From: Lama glama
Taxonomy: Eukaryota
Direction of reading: 5' to 3'
Assembly (NCBI GenBank): GCA_028534125.1
Contig: CM052817.1
Span: 84,198,001-84,262,000, forward strand
DNA: 64,000 nt
This document shows, one piece after another, positions 12,081 through 24,639 of the stretch. Every line of letters begins with the position of its first letter. The stretch's first letter is position 1. The notes under the pieces were generated by a model. That model was not told the origin of the DNA, searched no databases, and saw only the letters and a program-made list of their open reading frames with translations. A program made the translations under genes and the position numbers.

Positions 12081-14469
12081 CATAATCAGTTCTCTTCGCC
12101 TGATCAGGTCCTGAGGCACTGGCTCTGTGAATCCTGAGTCAGTCAGCACTTTCATCATTCTAGGGGGCTCTAAACTTATGACCAGTCTGAGTGGTGTGCC
12201 TTGTAGCCCTTTGTCCCAGGGTCACTGATCTACTACCATGGTCACCTCCCGGTAAATGCTGCAGTTGCTTCATTTTCTACACTCTGTAGCCCCAGGGCTG
12301 GTGGGAACTCCTGGGCACTTCTGGTGCTACAGGCTGCTGACTGGAATTGAAGCTGGAGGGTACTGCTTAGCCCTGTCCAACAAACTGCGCCACTGTCATT
12401 GCTCTGCTGAGGCTTCTCGGCCACAGGGGAGCACCCTGCCTGGTGGTATCTGACAGCTGGAGTTGGAAATAGAGCTTGCCCGCTGATGAGTTCTACAATT
12501 AATCTGTTTTCTGCCCTGAGGAGTGGGGTACAATCTCTCTCTACTTTTGGAATTCTCTTCAAATCTGTCTCATTGCTCCTTCCTCTAGGATTTTATCCCA
12601 GTAGGTCAAATCAGAGCACAGATCACTGACTGCTTTACTCTATCATCTCTGAGACAAAAGGATTTTCCATTTGCCTTACTATTGGGTAGCGGCTTTTCTA
12701 AGTTCATAACTTTTTTTTTACAAAATATAGCATTTGTCTGGTCCTCTACTTAAGCTGCTGGGAATGATAATGGGTGAAAAGGGAGATTACAAATAAAATG
12801 GATGAATAGTTTCAAAACCCACCATCCCCATTAAGAAATTAATCTCTAATTAGGCCATTTAAAGCAGCAGACGTTCAGGTGGGGAGACTGAAGGTTCTGC
12901 CCTGGAGTTTCCCTGCACTGTGACTGCAGCAGTCATTTCTCTTTGGAAAGTGGCTATTGCTAGTTAAGAGCTTCCAGGAAGCCAGGACATAGAGGGAAGT
13001 TCGAAGCACCCCTTCATGCCTTACCACCATGTTCCCCCCACCACCTAACACACACATGCCCACATGCACACTCTGAGAGTCTGTATCACCTGGGCCTTCC
13101 AGAGACCAGTCACCCATCCTACTCAGTCCATGGGGCTTTCCTTCCCTTTAGACAGTGAGGGCCCCAGCTGCTGTTGATGCTGCTCAATAAACTGGCATCA
13201 AGCACAAGTTGTCATGAGTTGGAAGTGGAGATACAAACTGTAATCTGCACAGGCAATGCATTTCCCGTCTGCCTTTGTTGGAATGGTTGGAAAATGCATG
13301 ATTTTAGACTCATGGTATATAGCTGGGAAATTCACCTATAGTTGTACCCATTGCCCTGTGTATATATGTTTTGTGTATTTCTCATGAGAATTCTGCCTAA
13401 TTTTATCATTAAACAAAATTATATACTGATGTGGAATATCATTGCCATAGTACTTTCAGCTTTCCAGGGGGCTCTAAATTTGTGACATTAAATATTGAAA
13501 AAAGAAAGAATAAGACAACTCCACAGAGCTTAGCCATGGAAAATGTGCTAATGCTATAAAGTTCCTGGAATGTTAGAACCAACCCCACATGCCTTACACA
13601 AAGGCTACCCAGCCTTACTTCCAAATTAGGTGGTTTTGATTTAGAAGACTCAGGAAATGCACTTTGTGACTCTCAGTTCTCCTAAGGCCTAGGGATGTGT
13701 TGGGGATACTCAGATTTAGTATGTATGCAGTCCTTCATAACCAGGTGGGTAAGAGGACCAGAAACTAGTAATAATTGGATCCAAGCTGAACATAAGATGG
13801 AAACCTAGGAGTTAAGAGTCGGAACTTAATGTGAGGGTCCAGAATATTTCATCCATCAGTCGAGACCTGCTTTGAATTATACTTTGCTAAGAACAGGAAC
13901 AAGGTACCCTGGCAAAAGCACCGGACCAGGAGTCAAGACAGCTGGTTTCCAAGCCACCATCTATGCTAATGAGCTTGGGTGACTCAATCTCTCTGAGCCT
14001 CATTTTCTTGTCTATAAAATGAAGAAGGTTGGACTGCAAGTACTTCATGGTGTAAGGGCCTCCCCTGACAATATTCCTATGATAACTATGCACCAGTGAG
14101 AAGAAATAGAAGACAAAAAGTTACACTAAATCCTGTTCCTGCTAGTTTCTCAGGTTGCTGTTGTGATCTCTAATATGCCAAATTAGAAATTGTCAGAGTC
14201 CATTAGGATCCAAATATCTGCTTTCTTGCTGAAAGAAGACTGGAGAATAGGACTGCAACTGAAATCAGGCCTTCTGCTCCTTTGCCTCAAGTCTAAACCT
14301 TGAGACTCGTGGAAGGAGCATAGTGGATGTGCAGAACACACACCCAGGTGTTGAATGGAGGGTGAATGGCTTCCTTCTCACTCTATGGTCCTCCAGATCA
14401 TGTGGGGTACTGTGTGGAGGCTGGAGCAGAGGGCCAGTTTGTCTCGCAGGCAGGCAGCTCTAAAAAGAA

Positions 14470-14840
14470 AGCCCACCCAGAGAAACTGATTAACTCCCAG
14501 AGGTGGTCCAAGCTACTAGTTTAAATATCATCTTCCTCTAAGGACAAAAGAAAGATTGGGGTTGGGGGGGCAGTTATGGGAGGTTGCCAGGAAAGTCACA
14601 GTAAACAGAGGTAAGCTTGCTATGCAGATTTAACTCAGCACCTTCTCCATTGACAAGAGTGTCTTCTGATTTAGAGTTATCCTCCTCTTTCTGGTACAGA
14701 GAGGGTGATGCTTATCAATAGAGACTTTTTTTATAAATATAAATATCCCTTATGAAAGGGTAACTTCTACTGTGTTTCAGAGCTTCTCCTGTGTCTGCAG
14801 CTCTCAAAAATAATCAGCTCAAAATAATCCTTATGCTAGA
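14470..14840 (-). mobile_element. ERV1 LTR fragment, MER34-family-like
   Basis: cagctcaaaataatccttatgc matches the reverse complement of the MER34-type 5' block. Confidence 0.65.
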
Positions 14841-15471
14841 ACTAGAACTAGAACTCAATTCTTCCACCAAAGTCTGTGCTTTCTAAAAACACTTCACATT
14901 GCAGTTGGAAACACTTCTATCCAAGGCAAAAACAAGTAGAGCTGGTTTGGGAGACTATTAGACCAGTAAGATAATTGACTGATAAGTTTGAGAACATAAT
15001 AAAAGCACTAAGAGAATATTATGTTCATAAAGCTTATAGCTCAGGAAAATGACCCTTGGATTGGAGACCAAGGTGATGGGTGCCTTTAGCCTGGGGTGTG
15101 GGAATTTGGCCCCTAAATTAGACCTGTTGGATGATGTAATAGAAGGTGGGACACAGGACTGAAGAACCACTGATTGTTTCCTATGCGCTATGTTGGTGCT
15201 CAGTGAATGTTTTCAGTCATGAAAACTGTGATGACAATAATTATGCCATTATGCCATATTCAGGGAACAAAAGTATAGATGGAGGAGGACTGGTAGTCTA
15301 AGATGTAGTCTTGCTAAAGAGAGACTCTTTATGGAGGTTGATCTAAAGCCTGAAATTGTGAAGAAAGACCAAGGGCCACTCTAGTGCCTGCTGAGTGGAG
15401 AGGCAAAGTGGTTAATGATAGTATCTAGTGAACTAAAAATAGCGGAGACCACAGAATGCTGACAGGCATTG

Positions 15472-15476
15472 AAAAA

Positions 15477-15509
<33 letters not shown>

Positions 15510-15510
15510 A
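15472..15510. repeat. Poly-A plus (GA)n microsatellite
   Basis: Directly visible. Confidence 0.9.
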
Positions 15511-15671
15511 ACCTTGAAAAAACCACATCACCATCTATCTCCTAATTTGAACAAAGTACTATCCTACTCTCCATTTGGTGGACAATACTTCTGTCTCTGG
15601 AAATAATCATCATGTTACAGTCTTAGAATTCTTTAGAACGCCAAATGACTATGTCTAAATTAATACCTCAC

Positions 15672-15769
15672 CAATCTGTATTGTCAGAAAGTGGACTGTC
15701 ACAAAGAAGTGGGTTTTTCATTGAACTGAAGTTTAGACCCTTTAAGCACCAAACTTTTAGAAAATTGAG
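15672..15769 (-). pseudogene. Pseudo-exon resembling the RGS22 N-terminal domain (PLLCDSPL-F*QYRL)
   Basis: aaaatag| acceptor, ttg|gtgagg donor. With a 1-nt frameshift it resembles RGS22 PAFLESDCYFEYRL (recalled). Confidence 0.5.
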
Positions 15770-16489
15770 CTATTTTGATGGAAATTGTAATAAAATGGAT
15801 TCCATTCTTCTTGGCCTATTAAACAGAGTATATTGAACATCGTTTAACATTTTCTTAATGGCTCTGACACCTTGCTGTGAACATCAGCTATGCCACTGGG
15901 CAATGGCACAAGATGTCCTCAGGGGTTGGTGAAATATACAGGGCACCACCGCAGTCTTTCCTGGGACAAGATGTGATACTTGTGTTTCCTGCCTGTAACC
16001 ACTATGGTGGCTTCCGCTCTTAACCCCAGGTCCCACATATGTGCTGGTTTCTAGTCTTTCTGCTTTAACCAATAATGCTTCTAATATATCATCTATAACC
16101 TTTGTGTGAACTGGTAACTATCATAGAAATCAAATGACCAATCTTTTTGAAACTGCCACCATATTTTTATAGAATTCTCTATCAGCAGGTCATGATAGAA
16201 AGGCTTGGAAATGACCCTGGCTTCTGCCATAAATAAATTACATAGACTCTGTGGCAGGGAATTTCCTTGATGTTTGGACATCTTTTACGTTGGTGCTTAC
16301 CTAAATTCACAGCTGTATTCTGGATGCTTTTGATTTTTTGGAATCTTATTGCCTGATAGAAAATTATTGGTATTTGATGTTTTAGTTTTCTTTGTTTTCT
16401 CAGATGACATCATTCAGCACTCTGGTTTCATACTAGTGGTTCAGAATTGAGTTAGTCCAGAGAATAGGTAGAAAAGGAAAATATCTTGC

Positions 16490-16875
16490 TGTACCAGGTG
16501 GTTTTTGTGGTGTAACAAACCATCCCAAAGTGCAGTGGCTTACAACAACAAACATTTATCACTCCCCATTCTCTAGCTCACTGGACAACTTTCCTATTCT
16601 GGGGCAGGTTCAACTGGGGCTGGAACAGCTGGGGCCTTTCTCCATGTCATCTCTCATCCTTGTTCACATGGTGGACAAGAGAAAGTGATCCCCATTATGC
16701 AAGCGTCTACTTTTGTCATGTTTGCTAATGAGTCTGAGGCCAAAGCCTGGCCAAATCCAGATTCTGGGAAGAAATAGACTCTATATCTTGATGGAAGAGG
16801 CTACAAAAGTCACAGAGCAAAGCAGCATGCATACAAGGATGGAAGGAATTTGCACTCATTTTGCAGTCTACCGCA
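16490..16875 (-). mobile_element. MLT1 LTR (old)
   Basis: gtaacaaaccatcccaaagtgcagtggcttacaacaacaaacatttat motif. Confidence 0.7.
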
Positions 16876-18057
16876 TTCATAGTACGGATGCCATGGCTTA
16901 GCATGTACACCTCATGGAAACTTCTGCTCAGCTACCCCATGATATACTAAACTCATACTCTTCTTCCCACCAACATCAGATCTCTTGAAGAGTAACTTTT
17001 CTTATCCCCTCCACTTCCTTCTCCAGGATTCATTTATTTCTTGAGAGCTGGTTTCTGCAAGTAAGTAGGTTAACTAGCTACTTCCTAATCATCAATGATA
17101 TCTTCTTGGACCCTGTCTTCGTTAAATGTTCTATAGCTTTAACACAGTTAACCTCCTTTTTTGGAATTCACTTCTTATAGCTTCTATTACAAGTAAGTAT
17201 TCATTTTCTTCTTAACTCATTGGCTGCTTTTCCTGTTTTCTTTTCAGAACTCCATTCCTCCTTCCATGATTAAATGTGAGGTTCTGTTCTTATCTATCTT
17301 CTCTTTTTTTATGTCCTCTCAATAAACTCACTCGCTTTCATAACTTTGTTACAAACCTCTTGATTTCACCAGTTTTTATCGCTGGTTTCTAAATTTTCTC
17401 AAATTTGACTTCATTTTTCAAATGGCCCACTGAATAGTTCCACCCATATGTTTGACCTATAGTTCCTCTGAAATCTATTTTGGCTGCAAACTAAGAAAAT
17501 AGTGCTGGAAACTGTATAATGCCCTTATAGCCTGTAAGTCATTTGATTCTAGATTTTCCTTCTGATAAAAGGGATGAGGAATGATGGAGGGAGGCCGCAT
17601 GGAGCTAACTACATTTGTTGAATGCCTACTGTGTGCAAGGCCCTGTGGTTTCTCTTAATTGACCAAGGTAAACGTCTTCTAGAACTGCTTTCAAATAATA
17701 GAAAAAGGGGCCGATCAGACGGAGATGTGGAACTGCACAGGTAGCATTGCAGACAGCCACTAAATGAAGGTTGCTGTAACACCAAAGGAAATGAGGCTGT
17801 AGAGAGCTGTTTGTTGTAATAAATAAGAGGTATCTGATAGCCTCAAACAGCTTTCAAAGTGTTTTTGCTAAAGATATCTTAGGGTTTGCAAAAAAGAAAC
17901 AGTCTCCTGTTAAGAAAGATCTGGTTTCTGGGGAAATGGATTATAAAATAAAACTGCAGCTCTCCGGTATTCCCCCTGATAAAAGAGCTTAGAAACTTCT
18001 AGGGCCCAAACTAAGCTCCTGGTAACATTTCTTCTGTTCTGAATAGATTTCACTTAC

Positions 18058-18205
18058 TGAAAGTGAAATTTCTGATGGTCGTAAGATGGACATACTTCCA
18101 GTTATCGCCTGTGCTGGATTCCATGATGGAGCTGTTATTGATATGCCAGATGCAGAACTATATTTGTTTGTAGCCACACCTACTTCATACTGTGGCATCA
18201 CTTTT
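18058..18205 (-). pseudogene. Open pseudo-exon (KVMPQYEVGVATNKYSSASGISITAPSWNPAQAITGSMSILRPSEISLS)
   Basis: tgctctctcag| acceptor, tca|gtaagtg donor, 49 open codons. The next acceptor at 17976-17977 continues in phase 0. Confidence 0.6.
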
Positions 18206-18380
18206 CTGAGAGAGCACTGATAAGTATAACTAATCAAGTCATTAGGCTTAATGTGCAACAGATTCTGAAGACAATATGAGAGGACACTGATGGCCCAAGA
18301 ATAGGTTCTGGACCTACGTTTTCCAGATTAATTTTTAAAGTGTAATTGTGTCTTTCCTTAAAAATATAAAATAAAACTAC

Positions 18381-18797
18381 CTTTGCTATATTTTATTTTC
18401 ATATCAGTAATGCACATAGAAGTTTCCCAATGCCAAAATAGAACATGTTGTGATAGAATGCAGGCTGGTAGAATGAATGAAACACCATTCTCCAAGAAGA
18501 AGCAACCTACTAGGTTGCCATATGGCTTGAATTATATTACTGCATCTCTCTTTTTTTGTGTTTGTTTGTTTAATTGGATCAGATAAAAATTTGTGAGTGG
18601 TACTGACTCTTTTTTCCTCCTTCTTGGTTTGTTTATATTGCTGTAAATATTCTTGCAGAGCAATTGTGACTCTTCTCATTGATCATATTCTCTGATGGCC
18701 CATTCTAGGAAACTGCTGTTCAAGTATTATGTATTGGGTATGAATTATCCTGTATTGTTTGTGTCCGTTGCTGCAGTGTCTTTCTTATTGTCAACGG
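18381..18797 (-). pseudogene. Pseudo-exon, last RGS-like domain of unit A (KRVSTTHKFLSDPIK...CSNIIQAI...VLFWHW)
   Basis: cttatag| acceptor, aag|gtagtt donor, ORF 18404..18679. Resembles RGSL1 QKLFLNSDIP...AILAAI...YFWKRF (recalled). Confidence 0.5.
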
Positions 18798-19181
18798 CTA
18801 TAAGTACCATGGTTAGTGAATTTGGCTAACAGTGTTTGAAGCAGATGAGATTTTAGCTCCCTCCTTGATAGCTGTGTTGGCTCAGTCTAAGCTAAAGTCT
18901 TATTTTCATTAAAGGAGCAGACATGCTGAGGAAGAAGGTGCTATTTTTATATAGGGACTTTTTCTACTGAAACCACATGATAACACTATGCTGTTAAAAT
19001 GATCTCAAGCATGCTGAGTTAGCTGAAGAAACAATATGCATGTTGCCAAAATCAAGGCAGTACTATTCTGAGCCTCCTCTAAGGTCCTCTAGCTCTCCTT
19101 GGTGGTCGTGAAGGGGAGACTAGGAGAGGAGCTGGTGGGAATATACAAATTACAGGTCAAGTGGAGGTCTCTTACATTTAC

Positions 19182-19285
19182 CTACAAGAGATTATTCAAA
19201 TTCTTATTTATTGCCACCATTCATTGAGATACAAAAAGCTTTGTTGCTCAGATACTTCCATATCACTATTTGTACTGCATTTATC
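19182..19285 (-). pseudogene. Pseudo-exon (INAVQIVIWKYLSNKAFCISMNGGNK*EFE*SLV)
   Basis: catttag| acceptor, tag|gtaaat donor. The two TAA, if from CAA, give KQEFEQSL; compare RGSL1 RQEFEDYL (recalled). Confidence 0.6.
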
Positions 19286-19855
19286 CTAAATGTATATATA
19301 TTTGATTTGTAGATATATATATATCTAATATATATTTCTATATATGTTTTTAAGTAAAACTAGCACAAAATAGTACTAAGACTAACTTCAGAACATTAGA
19401 AACAAAAGGAGTTTAGGCAGAGGCCCTCCAAACCCAGTTTTTAAAAAAATCCTTTATTATTATTATAGATTACTGTGTTTGAATATCTGTTATATGACAG
19501 GTACTGTATTAAGCATTTTACAAACATTATTTCATTTAGTCCTCACAGCAATCTTACAAAGCAGTTATCTGCATTTACAGAAGACAATGCTTCCCTTTCT
19601 TTTCTTCCTTCCTTTTCCAATAATAACTGTCTCATCATAAGTTATACTCAGCCAGAAAGTGACTGAGCTAGGATTCAAGCTTCACTATAAATGTCTAGCT
19701 CCAAAGTCTGTGCTCTTCCACCAGGCCTTGCGGCATCTTTGAGGGTGATATATAGAGTTAATAAGGAAACTGGCCCTCTATTACACAGTGTTTTTATTCT
19801 TCACTCTTCCTCCCACATTTTCAAAAAAAATGAATGAGAATAAGTAATAGCATAC

Positions 19856-20438
19856 CAAAATGGAAAAATAAAAATCTTGCTTCCTGGTAGTCTTCGATTG
19901 CTAAATGTAAATCACCATCAGACTTGGCGTTCCTTGTCGTCAAATATTGGAAGATTCTCTCTTCAGCCACACCAGAATTTGAATCAACTACTTGGTCTCA
20001 GGCAGGTTTCATCCTCGACAGAAAATTTTTGAGGATACTCCTGAACAGATAAAGATGTTAACATGTAGGAACTGACATCACTTCTTCCTTTCTGTCTACA
20101 CAGCAGAATTCCTTTTGTGGCCAACATATTTCCCACAATTTTGTGCAGATTTGGGGTTTTGGATAATGAGAGTGCTATAGTTGCTTGATTGGGAAAGCCA
20201 GAGTTTATAGCCACACAGAAGTAAATAGCTCTCGAATATGACAGAGGAAGGGAGGATGAGACCAAAGTCAGCATGCCTTGGATTTTGGAAGAAATTGGGG
20301 GAGTTTGCAGGAAGAGGATATAAAAATTCGGGGAGTAGCTTCCACATATATAAGAAATGGAGAGAGAATTGTGGAGAGAAATTTTCATGACATTTCCTGA
20401 GTTGTATTAATAAAAATCCCAACTCCAGAATCATTTTC
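19856..20438 (-). pseudogene. Large frameshifted pseudo-exon spanning an RGS-like domain (FFQNPRHADF...AIYFCVAI...LSVQEY...S*FKF)
   Basis: tttttttag| acceptor, ttg|gtatgc donor, two overlapping ORFs (20096..20434, 19984..20388). Motif order matches RGSL1 LLNTQHLEFF...LQFLTAV...LTLQ...KWFK (recalled). Confidence 0.6.
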
Positions 20439-21484
20439 CTAAAAAAATCAATAAAAAGATATTAACTGATATTCAATTATTTTTGGAAACTGGACTAAGT
20501 TTCCTTGTTAAGACTGGATCATAAGGTAAATGGACTTTGTATGGGTTATAGTCTTATTGAACCATGAGATGTTGAAAATGTTTGCAAAGATACCAGCAAA
20601 AAAAAAATGCCATAGATTTAACATGAAAGCCTGAAGTCAGACTGAAGGAATTCTTATCTTTTAGGAAAGAGGGAACCTACTGGCATTTTGCAGGCTTTAT
20701 GCCTATGCAGAAAAGGATTGGAATGGCCTACTGGAGGCATATACACGCCCCCTCAAAGACTCCCTGTTGCAGTGGGAAGAAGGGCAGAGTGAGGGAAGGT
20801 GGGTGAAAGCCTTCTGCTTTCTAGAAAGACCTTTTCTCTGGGTCCTCTGTTTTGGCAAGAGAAGGGACCTTTGTAACTGCCATCAACATTTCCCTAGGAC
20901 ATACCAACCTGGGATAAAAATAGAGGCATGATCACATTAACAAAACAGTATTTCTCTGACCCCATTCCTCAAAAACTCTGCAGAAAACCCATCCCTTCTC
21001 AAATTTCTCCTTAGATCAGCCAAGTGTCTAAAACGTTATCTTCTTAAAGGTCTTAAAGATTCCTTCTTGGCCTCCATCATTTTACTCCTCACCAGCTCTG
21101 GTACCTGGTGGTGGTTTTTATTGCAAAAGTCACCAGTGTGTCTATGATTTTTTGAAAATTGATCTTCTTTACACACTTATGTGTAACCAGCGTTTTAACA
21201 AACTTCTCAATCTATCTTCATAGTTAATCAAAGAACACTTTTGATTTATTTTAATTTCACATGAAGCAACAGGCATACAAATGGCTAGGGAAAGTCTTAA
21301 ACATAAGGTTAAGTTTAGCAGAGATTTATAAAAATCTCATTTGGCAATAAATTACAAAAATTGCAATAATTTTCGGGTCTTAGTTTCTTTGGGATCAATT
21401 CTAATGTTTTCCAAATGTCTCCACAGCCACATATTTCCCATTAAAATATCTTCACCAGAAAAATTCATCATAGATTTCACTTAC

Positions 21485-21695
21485 ATTTAATAAAAATTTC
21501 TAAAGTTTTTCTTCTCGGCAAATATCAGAGAAAATGGCTAAATGATCAGTCGATCTCTGGTCCTTGGTGAAAATGACTGAAAAAATTCAAACATTAACCT
21601 TTTGATATCTTCTGGCAATGTTAGAGCAGCATCTTTGGTTGTTTTGATAGTTTATATCTACCTCACAGTTTGAACTTTCATGTGTTGGTTATAAT
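21485..21695 (-). pseudogene. Pseudo-exon, RGS helices 5-8 (IKTTKDAALTLPEDIKRLMFEFF / VIFTKDQRSTDHLAIFSDICREEKL*KFLLN)
   Basis: tattattag| acceptor, aat|gtaagtg donor; stops and a frameshift. Confidence 0.6.
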
Positions 21696-22087
21696 CTAAT
21701 AATACTTTATGTTGAAAATTTTCATAACTAATGAGTAAATTTTAATAAAAGCACAACTTCAGCAAAAGGAGGTTATTTAGGTAACTACTAAATTACATCA
21801 CTGATGTAATATTTTATTTTCTTGGTTTATTTTTTGTTCAAAAGCAATTAACAACTTAAAAAATACATTTCTATTTTAAACATAGCAAAGTAAAACTCAT
21901 ATATGAACTAAAATCTGCATTTAACAACATTACTGCACAAATAAAAGCAAATGGTCACACAGAATGGCAGAACTGAAGGAACGAGTTCTGTTGCTTCATC
22001 TTTAAAGTTGCTGAACTATCAGTACTTATTGCACATCAAAAATTTAAATGCAGGTATATGAAATATCACAGGGGTTGCAGGACTTAC

Positions 22088-22211
22088 TTTCAAAACAAAC
22101 ATGTGGAGCTGAGCCCATGTGTGCCGAAGGCTGATTGGGTAGTTAGGAGTTCTACAAACTCATTTCTATACCGAATACGATGTTTATTAAAGAAAACGTC
22201 ACAAAAATGTG
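22088..22211 (-). pseudogene. Pseudo-exon (HFCDVFFNKHRIRYRNEFVELLTTQSAFGTHGLSSTCLF*)
   Basis: catattag| acceptor, aaa|gtaagtc donor, open for 39 codons. Confidence 0.55.
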
Positions 22212-24639
22212 CTAATATGGAGCTTACTTATATGTTAAAATTCAACAGTTAACTGCAGCAATTGTTTAGAATTTAGGCCCCTAGTTTTTGTTTTGTTTTT
22301 TTTTTTCAGGGAGAGCAATTTCATCATTGTCTAGAGTTGCAGAGAATGATGCTAATAAAAAGCAGACCAACTGTTAGTTGGTTTCATTATAGTTTTAAAA
22401 TTCTCTAGACAAGGCTTGCCCTGCCTGCCTGCCCCGGGGAAGCCTGCTCCATGGTTTTGCCCTTGATAAGCGCTTCTGAAGATTTTCTGCAAGGAGGAAA
22501 CCGCAACAGGCCAAGTGCAGATAATTTTGAAATTAACAACTATAATAAATATTTAAGTGTACATAAACCTTTCTTATTTAAAGCTTGGGGCTGAGGTAGC
22601 AATTTAATAATTAAGACATCAAAAGATTATTGTTTTCTCGATTTTTCTGATTTAGTTATTAGCCAAGTTTTTGTGAGAAGAGTCACCTAAATATGTATTA
22701 TAAACGCCCTGTGTATGATTGCAGCAAATGTTCTATTTGACTCCTGTAAGCATCGTTCTCAGTGTAAATTGAAGGGGTTGGCCTAGAAGTACTTTCAGGT
22801 CTTAAAGTCTGTGATATCTATTTGGTTTTTTGTGACTGAAAGAACAAACTATCCCCCCTCCCGCCCCCCCCCCCCCGGCCCTTTACCTCCCACAGTTCTC
22901 CTCCCTACCCCAGTCCTCAGGGGTTTGCTTGGAGAGGAGATTAAACCCACACATCTTTCTGCATTTCTATAATCTCCACACCGTAAAGATGTGAGACCTG
23001 GGCTAAATAGTAAAGGGGAAAAAACATAAATATAAAGCCTTTTCCGGGTCTTTGTGAGCCTAAGAGTGTCCTTGGAGAGGTCAATTGCTCTGGAATGGAC
23101 TCCATTTCTTATGCAGTGGTAGGTCTCAGGATACAGTCTGAGAAAAAACAAAGGGTATGGACATTGCTCTGCATAAAAATGTCAATGAAAGCTGTCTTCT
23201 TCCTGGGAAGAAGCAGTTCTGAAATTTTGTTGCACATGGGAAAATGGATTTTGGTTCAACCGTTTCTGAAAATTAGTTTTTGTTCTTGGAAAACAGTGTA
23301 TGTGTGTGTGTGTGTGTATGTGTGGGGTATGTGTTTGTGTGTATGTGGTGTGTTATGCAAGTGACACCCACTGGACTACCTGAGGGGATGAGAAATGTAT
23401 CTCACATCTTAAACTAGAGGGAAGACTTGAGGTGATTCAAATTTAGAGTGCCAACGCCCTCCTTCAGCTGTCCTGCTGAAGGCGCTTTGCTACTGCTCTT
23501 GGCAGAATAATTCACATTTTAGAAAATATAGTGAGGGTCCTACTGATGGTCTGGAGGCCAGGAGTAGAGGTGAATCCTAGGATAAGACCAGATCCTAGGT
23601 GTGTAGTTGTCTTCTTTCTCCTCATCTTCCTAGTGCTCCTCCTCCTCCTCATTTTTTAATTGATGTAAACGTAAGAAGATGGACTAGATTAATAGACCTC
23701 CATGTTCCCATCACCTGTTCACAGCCTTTGGCTAATCTTACCCCATCTTCCCACCTCACACACATAACTATAAAGCAAATCGCAGACACCTATGATTTCA
23801 TTCTTAACTTAAAAGTGACTCCCTATTTTACATGACTGTAATACTCTAATCTTACCTAAAAAATTAATAGTAACTCTCAAACTATCCAATATCTAGTCAG
23901 TGTTCACAGCGTTTACATTTTCAATCGTCCCATGATTGCCTTTAAAAATTTTATTTTATTTATTTTTTTAATCTGTTTACACAATGTGAATGGCTGATCT
24001 TTGTTTTAAGTGTCTTTTATTTTATAGGCTACCCTCTCATCTTTTCTTCCCCACTGCAGTGGTGTTTTCTTAAAGGAGGGTAGATGTTTGCACTGAGGAA
24101 GTATACATAAAAATAGTAATATCTAATCATCCTGGGTATAATAATAATAATTACTTGACACAACATGTACTTTGTATCCATGTTATATGAAGTACTTAAC
24201 ATATCTTAACTCATTTAATCCTCACAACCACTCAGTGGTTTAGAAATCAGTTTACACTCTCTAGACCTGGAGACCAGTTACTGCCCAGCTGTAAGACTCT
24301 ACAGAGTAAAAACACTACTTCCCCAGAGTCCACCTCAAAAATCATCACTGTCCCATGCACTGCATTTTCCTTTCTTCCATCTTTCCTTTCCACTTTTCCC
24401 TTGCATTTTGGGTACTTGTAAATACTTCTGTGGGCAGGCAGTGCCTGCACTTATGTTCTTAAGCTCTGCAAATTCAGGTTTAGTCCTAGCAAACCTCAGA
24501 CATAGCTTTACATTAGAGCAGAATGGTTAAGAGAGACCTATCCACTTTAGAGATAGAGATTTGTTTCAGTTCTGGGACCTGATCTCCTTTAACAGATGCT
24601 GGAAAAAATCTGAGGCCTCCTAAGGAAAACACATTATTA

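Larger units (their letters stand above)
400..16413 (-). pseudogene. Decayed multi-exon RGS22/RGSL1-like pseudogene, unit B (may continue left of the window)
   Basis: Chain of minus-strand AG...GT-bounded segments (15769-15672, 10498-~10257, 10147-10030, 9263-9070, 8548-8367, 8114-~7961, 6586-6428, 5436-5238, 5142-5054, ~3729-3255, 1002-804) whose translations carry RGS-like motifs and in-frame stops. Boundaries approximate. Confidence 0.65.

Noticed and set aside
22853..22880. Poly-C / G-quadruplex-prone tract
   Set aside because: Isolated homopolymer-like run with no supporting evidence of function.
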